Source: a virus
Taxonomy: Duplodnaviria > Caudoviricetes
IMG/VR virus record: IMGVR_UViG_3300012943_000004
Location: 13,829 to 77,828 of that record
DNA: 64,000 nucleotides
Strand: one strand, 5' to 3'
The notes below the pieces were generated by a model. That model saw only the letters and a program-made list of their open reading frames with translations, was not told the origin of the DNA and searched no databases. A program made the translations under genes and the position numbers. Position 1 is the first letter of the stretch. Every line of letters starts with the position of its first letter. Below are positions 19,470 through 27,748 of this stretch, piece after piece.

Positions 19470-19922
19470 TTACTTGAAGGTCACGTCAAGTGACTTGAGG
19501 GCGAACATACCGGCAGCTGTGGTGTTACTGAGAACGATTCGAGCTCCACCTGCATCACGCTCAAAGCACCAAGCCTGGACGGCAGTTCCTACATAAGCTA
19601 CGGAAATCTGCTCGTCATGTTCAATCAACTGCCAGGGGAGGAAGGTGTCATTCAGGCCAACGACGTTCGCCAAAGTCTGACGCCCATCCGCAACGCCCGC
19701 CATGAACGGTCCAACCTTGCCAGATTCTCCAGTGGAGGTAATCTTTGCCATTACCTCGCCGGGCTGAAGGATCTTCTGTACAATAGTGTCGATCGTCTCA
19801 GACGGCGTAGCTGCCGCCGAGCAGGTATACGACTCAAACTGCACGTGATCAGTGTTTCGCAGATATACGTTCTTACCGAACGGACTGCGAACAGATCCTG
19901 GCCCCTTAGTAAATGAAGGCAT
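19470..19922 (-). CDS. Head decoration protein
   Basis: 150 aa; LQPGEVMAKITS..GKVGPF motif; position before the capsid gene. Confidence 0.75.
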   Translation of the reverse strand: MPSFTKGPGSVRSPFGKNVYLRNTDHVQFESYTCSAAATPSETIDTIVQKILQPGEVMAKITSTGESGKVGPFMAGVADGRQTLANVVGLNDTFLPWQLIEHDEQISVAYVGTAVQAWCFERDAGGARIVLSNTTAAGMFALKSLDVTFK

Positions 19923-19932
19923 CTGCTATCCT

Positions 19933-21192
19933 TTACTTCTTGAGGGCAAGGAGCCCTTGAAGCTCCTTGTATGCTGGGGTCGCTTCGACGTTGTTGCCTG
20001 TCCGCGAGTGCATCGCTACGATGGACTGAAGATCTTCAACACGCTTAGCGTACTGCGCTTCGGTCATATTGCTTCCGACGACGACCTTTGAAGCTTCGGG
20101 CTTCGACTTAGAATGAGCAGAAGTCTGCCCGTTCTCGCCGGTGCTCGACTCTTCCTCGGGATCTTCGTTGGTCTCAACCTGACCGAAAAGTGGAGCACTG
20201 CCTGCCGACTCGTAAGCCGACTTCCAGTTAGTCCACTGCTGATCGTTCAACGAGAGAGCGTGCTCTGTCATTGAATCGATCATAGTAGCCGGAATCTTCT
20301 TGGCAGCAGCGAGCTGCTTGACAAAATCAGTCCGGCTCGACTTGATGGTCTCAGCCGCAAACTCCTCTAGAACATTGAGCTGCTTCTGGACCGCGGCGTA
20401 GTCAGTAGTCGACTCGCCGCCGAGAGTAAATTGGTAAACAGGAGCGACTACGGCAGGAGCGGCGGGCACAGCAGCGCTGTGCTGCGTGTCGCTCTTACTC
20501 CCCTCGTCAGCCGCACCAGGCTCGGCAACCGTTCCAGCCAGAGCCTGAGTATCTTTGGTTGCTAAATTACCCACAGGGGTCTCCTTTGGATTCTCGAACA
20601 TCAGGCTGAAACTAGCCGTGTTGTTTGACTGAAACGCACGCAGGCCCTCAACTGCCGAGAAGTCTACATACGCTACACCCTGATACACAGGCCAATACTC
20701 AGCTTCGCTATTTGTTATCCATGTCCCGATCTCGCTAGACTGGTTCCGCCACAGACCGGACTGGATCTTTTGAATAGCCTGCGGGTCGAGGATCTCGTAG
20801 TCAGCAAGAAGGTATGTCTCCCTTGAGCCATCGACCGGGTTCTTATGAACCATCGTTCGAAGGTTCGTGTGCCAGCCTATGACTTCTCCGCCTCCTCCAA
20901 AGAGTGACGGATGTCCAGCACGAACTGGAACCGACTCAAGAATCTTGTCTTCCCTGAGTTGATTCCAGTTATCTACCAACTGCTTCATATGTAGAGGCTC
21001 CCAGGTGTGCTGCTCGCCTCGTGAATCCCTAAACGTGCCAGACCTGAAGACCGGCACGCCCTTCTTGACAAGCAGCTGTGTTCCGTCGTCCGCCTTTGTG
21101 AAGGTGGTTTCTACTTCAAAACCATCTGCGAAGGAAAGGCTAGAGAACAACACTACGCTGCGCTCTAAATCTGGAATCAGGGTGTCAGTCAT
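19933..21192 (-). CDS. Capsid maturation protease / scaffold (Mu gpI-like)
   Basis: VPVRAGH, EVIGW, QSSEI, VAYVDFSAVEGL protease motifs followed by a low-complexity scaffold region. Confidence 0.75.
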   Translation of the reverse strand: MTDTLIPDLERSVVLFSSLSFADGFEVETTFTKADDGTQLLVKKGVPVFRSGTFRDSRGEQHTWEPLHMKQLVDNWNQLREDKILESVPVRAGHPSLFGGGGEVIGWHTNLRTMVHKNPVDGSRETYLLADYEILDPQAIQKIQSGLWRNQSSEIGTWITNSEAEYWPVYQGVAYVDFSAVEGLRAFQSNNTASFSLMFENPKETPVGNLATKDTQALAGTVAEPGAADEGSKSDTQHSAAVPAAPAVVAPVYQFTLGGESTTDYAAVQKQLNVLEEFAAETIKSSRTDFVKQLAAAKKIPATMIDSMTEHALSLNDQQWTNWKSAYESAGSAPLFGQVETNEDPEEESSTGENGQTSAHSKSKPEASKVVVGSNMTEAQYAKRVEDLQSIVAMHSRTGNNVEATPAYKELQGLLALKK

Positions 21193-21204
21193 TAGTTCGA
21201 TACC

Positions 21205-21516
21205 TTACGTTATGGCGGTTGTGTTCGGCAAGGATTCCGCTTCATTATTGCAAAAATTATTCATCTCGGTAAGAGTTGATTCAGAAAGTTTAGCTTCATC
21301 CTGAGTGATATTAACCGTGTGAACTCTCAGGCATTCTCTACACCTGAGCATCACCTTGCCGCCTTCTACAAAGACCTCCCCAAAGATCCTGTGCTGTTTA
21401 TAGACCTTGACGTGTACAAACAGTTTACCTCTTCGTACACCGTAAGTGGCTAACAAAGGATTTCGGTTACAAAAGCACCGAAGCTCCTTTTCACGAGAGG
21501 ATCGTCCCGCACTCAC
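21205..21516 (-). CDS. Small Cys-containing hypothetical protein
   Basis: CFC and CREC motifs; ATGA overlap with the portal gene. Confidence 0.65.
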   Translation of the reverse strand: MSAGRSSREKELRCFCNRNPLLATYGVRRGKLFVHVKVYKQHRIFGEVFVEGGKVMLRCRECLRVHTVNITQDEAKLSESTLTEMNNFCNNEAESLPNTTAIT

Positions 21517-23210
21517 ATCTTCTCCAGCACCAGGTCGATTTCACTAAACATGGCAGTCCTGAACTCTAACATAAATGCACTCAGGCCGTTTACGAACCCC
21601 ATAGAGGTCTTATCGCTAAGGTATCCTCCGAGAATTGTAAAGAACCTGACCACTTGCTGCTGTGCGTCCTGAATACCATATTCCTCCAAAGCTTCACCAA
21701 GCTGCTTTGCAAACCCAAACGAAGGCTCGTAGCTTCCGAGTCTATCGTCTAGATTTGCCTTGGAGACCTGTGCTTCAATTCTAGAAGAGATGTTTTCGAG
21801 TACTGAATAGACTCTCCTTTGATTGTCGGTTTTTGCTTTACTCTTTGGAGTAACCTTCTTTGAAGGTTCGTCTTTGGGCTGCGATGGAGTATTTGGATCA
21901 ACTTGAGGCTCGGTGAGGATGTTGACCTCCTCTAGCGGAACTCCAATAATCTCGCCAAGCAGCCGAAGATCAGGCTTTGCGCGACCTGCTGTAATCATCG
22001 CGGTTGCGATGTTCTGGAGCATCTCCTGATTATCGTTATTCAAAGGAGCAAACTCAATCTCGGCCTGTGGCGCATTAAGTCCATAGTTCCAGTCGTGCAA
22101 GGGCTTGACAATGTACTTATCAATATAGTACTTAAAGTCGCCCGCGATAGCATTGAGCATCCAGAGGTAGACCTTCATATGTCCTACGCCCAGGTTATAT
22201 GAGCCTACGTCGGCGGTACGAAGAAGCAAGATCGGAGTGAATAGCGCCAGCGACATTTCTTCATCGAGCCTCTGCATGTAGCGCTCGAAATCAGCGCCAC
22301 GCATCTGAGACTCCATGTACTCAAGAGTGTAATCGTAATTCGGATTATTTTCTTGGCCGACTGGAGTTCTATCGTTTGGCAAAACCACGACAGAACGATT
22401 ACGAAGCTGCTGGATCAAGCCCGCCATCATTGTATTGCCGTAGATTTCTTCACCGTTCACTGTAACTGTATCGTCGTATGGCGCGCGTCCTACAGGAGTC
22501 GGCTCCCCGAACCGCTCGTAGTAGCGGTTAGCGAAGAGATGCATGAGGATCGAGAAGAACCAACTCTGAAACGCTGGCCGAAGAAGCTTTCGTCCTGCGT
22601 AATCACCGTTCTCCATCAGGAGCGGATACCAATACGAATACTCTACTGGAATATTAGCCGGAGCGCCGAATTGAGTAATACCGTCAAACCTGCGAACCTT
22701 TGGAGCCACCGAGCGTCCCTCGGGCTTAAATCCGTTTACCCACTTCCAATGAACGCAGCAATCTTCAGGAAAGAGATCTTTAACCTTCGACAGAACGATA
22801 GCCTTGTTATCGACATCGTTATCCCACTCGAGAATATTTGGAGAATACCCAGCCCAAAACGACTGCGCCATTCCACGAATTAGTCGAGTCCAAACCTTAC
22901 GAAGGTTCTCTTCAATCTGATCTGCGATACTCTTTTTAGAGCACTTGATATGCCACTGCATCTGATGCAACAAGAACGTCAACACTGATAATGAAGAATT
23001 AATCTGATAATGATCCTTCATCTGTCGGAAATCCTGAAGCGTCAGATTATCCAAGTTAAACGAGATGGCCCCGCCGCCGGGAAGCTGAGTGAGTGGCCGC
23101 ATGTTTTCGCCAGCCCAAACTCCTACGCCCTCTCCAAGCTTAGGAGGCTTTTCTTTTCTGTACTGCAGAGAACTAATTGGCTGACCGTTAGGACCGAGGA
23201 GTCCACTCAC
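21513..23210 (-). CDS. Portal protein (DUF935/Mu gp29-like)
   Basis: 565 aa; GRKLLRPAF..WFF...YERFGEPTPVGR motif; follows the terminase. Confidence 0.88.
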   Translation of the reverse strand: MSGLLGPNGQPISSLQYRKEKPPKLGEGVGVWAGENMRPLTQLPGGGAISFNLDNLTLQDFRQMKDHYQINSSLSVLTFLLHQMQWHIKCSKKSIADQIEENLRKVWTRLIRGMAQSFWAGYSPNILEWDNDVDNKAIVLSKVKDLFPEDCCVHWKWVNGFKPEGRSVAPKVRRFDGITQFGAPANIPVEYSYWYPLLMENGDYAGRKLLRPAFQSWFFSILMHLFANRYYERFGEPTPVGRAPYDDTVTVNGEEIYGNTMMAGLIQQLRNRSVVVLPNDRTPVGQENNPNYDYTLEYMESQMRGADFERYMQRLDEEMSLALFTPILLLRTADVGSYNLGVGHMKVYLWMLNAIAGDFKYYIDKYIVKPLHDWNYGLNAPQAEIEFAPLNNDNQEMLQNIATAMITAGRAKPDLRLLGEIIGVPLEEVNILTEPQVDPNTPSQPKDEPSKKVTPKSKAKTDNQRRVYSVLENISSRIEAQVSKANLDDRLGSYEPSFGFAKQLGEALEEYGIQDAQQQVVRFFTILGGYLSDKTSMGFVNGLSAFMLEFRTAMFSEIDLVLEKM

Positions 23211-25105
23211 CGTCTATTACCTCTTCCTGGTAGAAGTCGAGCCGGTAGTGGAAACACAATGCTTTGAGAGCCGTCATTAATCGAAGATGGAGGGCGCGGT
23301 GCGTGCATGCCCGGCATACCAAGATCTGGCAATCGAGGATCTCCAGTACCGTATCCGTCTGTACCTGTGCCGAGCATTTCTTTCTCTACTCGTGCCTTAT
23401 CCATAGAGATTACATTACGGCGGAAGCTCCTGTCACCCATCAGGGTGAACACAACCCCAGCCATAGAATCCGCGACGTCTTTACTACCCTGTGCCGGGTG
23501 GTCGACCTTGTTGTCCTTCTGCTCAAGTGCATACAATTCACGCTTTGCTATCTCAACTAACTCGCCGTCACCCTGGCGAATATAAGTCATATATGGAGGC
23601 ATTTCTACTCTGTCCTCATAGAACGCCTCTCGGAGATCCTCATAAGGAAGCATAGACTTATCAATCGATACATAGTCAACTGCGAATCTACGCTTTGCTA
23701 ACTGCTGCATCGTGTCGGTACTCTGAAAGCCATCCATCGTGACCATACGAATTCTGAACCCATAATGATCCTTGAGCTCGTAAATAATTCGCCGCACGTC
23801 CTGAATCATAATCTCAGTGCCGGGCGCCGCGTGAATACGCATCAGGAAATCAAAGACAATATATGGCTTCTTGTCTCCGTCAACCTCTACGACATGACTA
23901 ACGTGTCCCATTGATAAGCCGAGAGAGTCTCCATCAGCTGAATATGCAAGATCAATATGGACAGCTCTCTTAAGTGGAGTTTTGCATGTAAACCAAGATT
24001 CAAACTTTGGACGACTGACTCCTGTATCTACAGGAGATCCAAGGTTATCATAGCGCTCGTTCCAGCGCTCAACGGCCTGGTCGATCTTGTAAGTAAGACT
24101 GATAAACGGATCGCCAGCCGCAGGCGGAATGCCGGCCAGATCACGAAGCGCCTTCTCGGGACTATTTTCGAAGTTACTTCGATACGCTTCTGGAACCTCG
24201 ATTATCTGACTTACGTCGTTAATCAGCAAAGCGGCATCGGTAGGAATAATCTGCTTACGCTTGATACTATACCAGAAAGAAAGTCGCTTCCCCCTGGCGT
24301 CCGAGAATCTCTTCCAGCCGAGCGAATCCCAAAGCGTCATTCTGACTGTATGGGCGTCAGGATCCTTCTCGAACTCGGCAAGCTTTCGAGCTGCGAAACC
24401 AGACGCTTTTTTCATCTGCCCAACTACCAGAAGGAATCCTCTGTCTTGGAATCGTGAATCAATACGAGTATAGATCGTATTGTATCCATCCTCCGCGTAG
24501 TCCTTCTCTTCTGTGACCTTGTGCGAATCGGCCTCGTCTAGAATGCCGCCCAGGATGTTATAACCCTCGAAGGTAGTTTCCTTGCTATTTCCCGGCAGAA
24601 CCCAAATATCCTTCTCGAATCGAAGTTGCTTAGTGAACTTCGGATCGAAGGGGTAGTTATTTGCAAACCATTCACAATGCTCAATTCGAGCTTTGATATC
24701 ACCGAATACGGTTTCGACCGCCTGGTCGGACGTTGTGCTCATCTGCATAAACGCAATACGCGCGCCGGGAAGAAGATCGTAATAATCCTGCGGATCCTTC
24801 AGGCATAGAATCCAGTGCGTCATATAAGGTATGACCACACTCGCCATTGTGGTCTTTCCGATTCCAATAGCGCCTGTGAACATAGCCTTACGATAGCGCG
24901 CAATTCGCGCATTGTTTACATTCTCGCCAAATATCTCAACGAGTTCCGCCACGACGCCGGGACGCATCTTCGACATGATGTTGCAGTAGCCTGGGCCGAG
25001 AAACTCTTTTACACTCGCAGGCTTCTCGTGAAAGTGCGGATTCCTCTGGAGCCAACGAAGTTGCGCTGCAGCCTTCTTAGCGTCCCATCCCGGCGAAGGC
25101 GTCAT
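23207..25105 (-). CDS. terL: Terminase large subunit
   Basis: Walker A GAIGIGKTT, Walker B ILDEAD, nuclease HIDLA / DGFQS / KDVADS. Confidence 0.93.
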   Translation of the reverse strand: MTPSPGWDAKKAAAQLRWLQRNPHFHEKPASVKEFLGPGYCNIMSKMRPGVVAELVEIFGENVNNARIARYRKAMFTGAIGIGKTTMASVVIPYMTHWILCLKDPQDYYDLLPGARIAFMQMSTTSDQAVETVFGDIKARIEHCEWFANNYPFDPKFTKQLRFEKDIWVLPGNSKETTFEGYNILGGILDEADSHKVTEEKDYAEDGYNTIYTRIDSRFQDRGFLLVVGQMKKASGFAARKLAEFEKDPDAHTVRMTLWDSLGWKRFSDARGKRLSFWYSIKRKQIIPTDAALLINDVSQIIEVPEAYRSNFENSPEKALRDLAGIPPAAGDPFISLTYKIDQAVERWNERYDNLGSPVDTGVSRPKFESWFTCKTPLKRAVHIDLAYSADGDSLGLSMGHVSHVVEVDGDKKPYIVFDFLMRIHAAPGTEIMIQDVRRIIYELKDHYGFRIRMVTMDGFQSTDTMQQLAKRRFAVDYVSIDKSMLPYEDLREAFYEDRVEMPPYMTYIRQGDGELVEIAKRELYALEQKDNKVDHPAQGSKDVADSMAGVVFTLMGDRSFRRNVISMDKARVEKEMLGTGTDGYGTGDPRLPDLGMPGMHAPRPPSSINDGSQSIVFPLPARLLPGRGNRR

Positions 25106-26532
25106 TAGTCAACCAGCTCTCCGGTGACAACTTCGGATTTAGAGAACTCCTCCATCTTGGCTTCGATCATTTGAGGAGTGATCTTAGCTCGAGGGATTCC
25201 GTCGGCCTCGTATTGAGAAATAACCTGAGAAACAAACTGATTAGGCGTGATCGCAGTGATCGCAGCTGCGGCCCCATTAGTATTAACTCCAATTGCAATC
25301 TTTGCGCCACCGCGCAGGTTGGGATCAAGTAGCTTAGCAAGCTGAACACCTTCAGTAAAGATCGTACTAAGCATCTTTGTCACTTCAGGATCAGTTTCGC
25401 CAAACTCCTCTTCATCCTCAATAGCACGTTCAGCGCGCTCGACCTGAACCCCAATGATAGCTCCTAAGCCATCGATAATCTTTGAACTATCGCGTGATTT
25501 GAATGCTGTAATAAGCTTTGATGTTTCGGCTCCCGGCACGCTACATACGCTCCCTACTCTGAAGTAATTACAAGTGAGATTGATAGAACAGGTGTCACAC
25601 AAAAACTTGTCTCCCTGTTCTGCGCGCCCCGTACTTGATCTATAAGATTTCGACAAGGCAGGCTTTCGCTGTACGTCTAACTGATGCTGAAGTGAGTCGT
25701 AAGGACCGCGTGTTCTAAACTTAAGGTTCTCATGCCAGTGTTCGCCCGCCCACTGAGCTGACTTGATGTTATACATGCATCGATTCCGTGGAATCTTAAG
25801 ATCTACTACCTGAAAACCTAAAAGGTGGATCCATGCCTGACAATGAGAAGTTCTTTCCCAAAACATAACCTTCCCAGGAGGGAGAATAACCTTGCCCTTC
25901 TGTGCATCCCAACGCGGATCAATATCAGCTGCCGCGAAGCCTAGTCCGAAAGCAATTCGCCAGCTATATGTTCCATGCAGATGAATTATGCAGTTTGGAT
26001 TCTCCTCCTGCATGATAGCTAATTCTTTAAGGAATTGCTTTCCCTGCATCGTCTGTGACGGAGGCCACTCCGTTACGATAACTCTATGCTCTTGGCCTAA
26101 TACTGGAGTTTCGTCGATAGCGGTTCCGTTTAGCTTTGCATCACAAGATTGCGGATCCTCCCCCACGGGAAACTCAATCATTTCTCTCAGGAGCTCAATT
26201 GGCTCACCGAATGTCCAGGTTGGATAAACAGCTTTTGGATTAGTCAGATCGTGATCCTGATCCAATTCTGCTGTACCCTGATCTCCTACCAAGAGAAGCC
26301 GGAAAGGATTAATTTCTCCAAAGTAGAGCTTTGCATGAACGAATGGCTCGATCCGCCTCTTGGTAAGCGCTCCGCGATCCCAAGAAACCGTATTGCCTCC
26401 GGCCTCTACGAGCTCCTTGATATAGGAGTGTGGGTTTCTATACCATACTTCTGTCACAATAAAGTCCAATCGGATCACTGATCTATATCGCGTTACGCGC
26501 GCGTATAGGTCCAAACTATACACCGCTAGCAA
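25105..26532 (-). CDS. Candidate terminase small subunit fused to a TGT-like domain and a Cys4 motif (real start possibly GTG at 26457)
   Basis: TAATG coupling to terL; HLHG...AADIDPRWDAQKG resembles the TGT C-terminal motif; CDTC...C...C; helical C-terminus. Confidence 0.5.
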   Translation of the reverse strand: MLAVYSLDLYARVTRYRSVIRLDFIVTEVWYRNPHSYIKELVEAGGNTVSWDRGALTKRRIEPFVHAKLYFGEINPFRLLLVGDQGTAELDQDHDLTNPKAVYPTWTFGEPIELLREMIEFPVGEDPQSCDAKLNGTAIDETPVLGQEHRVIVTEWPPSQTMQGKQFLKELAIMQEENPNCIIHLHGTYSWRIAFGLGFAAADIDPRWDAQKGKVILPPGKVMFWERTSHCQAWIHLLGFQVVDLKIPRNRCMYNIKSAQWAGEHWHENLKFRTRGPYDSLQHQLDVQRKPALSKSYRSSTGRAEQGDKFLCDTCSINLTCNYFRVGSVCSVPGAETSKLITAFKSRDSSKIIDGLGAIIGVQVERAERAIEDEEEFGETDPEVTKMLSTIFTEGVQLAKLLDPNLRGGAKIAIGVNTNGAAAAITAITPNQFVSQVISQYEADGIPRAKITPQMIEAKMEEFSKSEVVTGELVD

Positions 26533-26549
26533 AGGTAGTCAACCCCAGC

Positions 26550-26586
26550 AAGAAACGCCCCCTCGCCGCAGAGGAGGCGTTTCTTT
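26550..26586. terminator. Bidirectional terminator-like hairpin
   Basis: AAGAAACGCC-CCTC / GAGG-AGGCGTTTCTT with T-rich runs on both strands. Confidence 0.65.
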
Positions 26587-26775
26587 GCACCTAGACATTT
26601 CCTCAACCCGAACCAAACAACAACCCAACAAGACGAACCATACCTCAGTTATCGGGCCATTGTCCAGGGATACCGCGAATCCCTATTATCGCGCATAAAA
26701 GGACGCCTTATTAATAAGCTATTTGGAGTTTTTCCACTCAAAAAATTACCATTCTTAAGATATGATTATCGGTCC

Positions 26776-26805
26776 TTGACGAAGGGTTTTAGTAACCTGT
26801 AGGGT
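26776..26805 (+). promoter_or_regulatory. Putative promoter TTGACG-N18-TAGGGT for the replication operon
   Basis: Actinobacterial sigma-A-like hexamers about 50 nt upstream of the primase ATG. Confidence 0.5.
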
Positions 26806-26854
26806 TGTGGTTATACGGTGGCGATCCATGCGCCTAATCTTTTGCGGAGGTCGA

Positions 26855-27736
26855 ATGTCAGAAGAACTTGCTGCCTTAGTGGCTAAGCGATTCATTCAAA
26901 GGCGCGATATTAAGGCAATTCAGTTTGCAGATGGCAAGTGGTCGCCCGATACCAAAGTTCAGCGCAATCTAAGCCTATACGCGCCACTTGGATTCAAGAT
27001 GCAACACTTGCGGGATCATATAGCAGGCGAAAGAACATACGGACACTACTTACTTGACGAGAATGATCTCTGTCGAGTTTTCGTCTTTGACATCGATCTT
27101 ATTGAAATGAAGGTCAATACCTCTACCGGCGAGATCACGCAGTCTGGCACTTGGGTTGAGATTCCAGAAATTAATACGCTAAGCCCTGACGCTACTGATA
27201 ATGAAGTGGATCAGGGCTTTCTTGTTCATAGCGAAATCTCCCCAAGGCACCTTTGGCACGATCGTAAACAACCTGGCCCGCGCGCTTGGTATAAGTACCA
27301 GATGCGAATGCTCGCACAAAAGTTTGCACGAGTAATCACAGAGGATCTTGGTATCGATTGTGCTGTTTCTTATAGCGGCAGTAAGGGCATTCACGTATAT
27401 GGCCTTACTGGACCGATTGCAGCCAGGGAGGCGCGCGAGGGAGCTGCTCTAGTGTTGGATCTTCTGGACGAGTTCGAACCCTCGCGTGGCAACAACTTCT
27501 TCAGGCACAAGAATGCTGATCCCGTTCAGGGATTTCAAAACTTTGAGATTGAAGTATTCCCCAAGCAAGATTCACTCGAGAACAAAGACTTGGGAAATCT
27601 CGTCAGACTCCCCTTTGGGAGAAATCAGAAATCCCCTGACCCCTGTTTTCTTTTAGATCTCAGAACCCCAATGTCGCAGCTTACGCCACACCCCGAACCC
27701 GAGAGACTCTTAGAGTCCGGCAACCCCTACCTTTAA
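26855..27736 (+). CDS. Archaeo-eukaryotic primase (AEP, TOTE-like clade)
   Basis: HIAGERTYGHY, VFDID (motif I), SYSGSKGIHVY (motif II), EVFPKQD...GNLVRLPFG; GGAGG RBS before the ATG at 26855. Confidence 0.85.
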   Translation: MSEELAALVAKRFIQRRDIKAIQFADGKWSPDTKVQRNLSLYAPLGFKMQHLRDHIAGERTYGHYLLDENDLCRVFVFDIDLIEMKVNTSTGEITQSGTWVEIPEINTLSPDATDNEVDQGFLVHSEISPRHLWHDRKQPGPRAWYKYQMRMLAQKFARVITEDLGIDCAVSYSGSKGIHVYGLTGPIAAREAREGAALVLDLLDEFEPSRGNNFFRHKNADPVQGFQNFEIEVFPKQDSLENKDLGNLVRLPFGRNQKSPDPCFLLDLRTPMSQLTPHPEPERLLESGNPYL

Positions 27737-27748
27737 CGAGAGTAGTAC

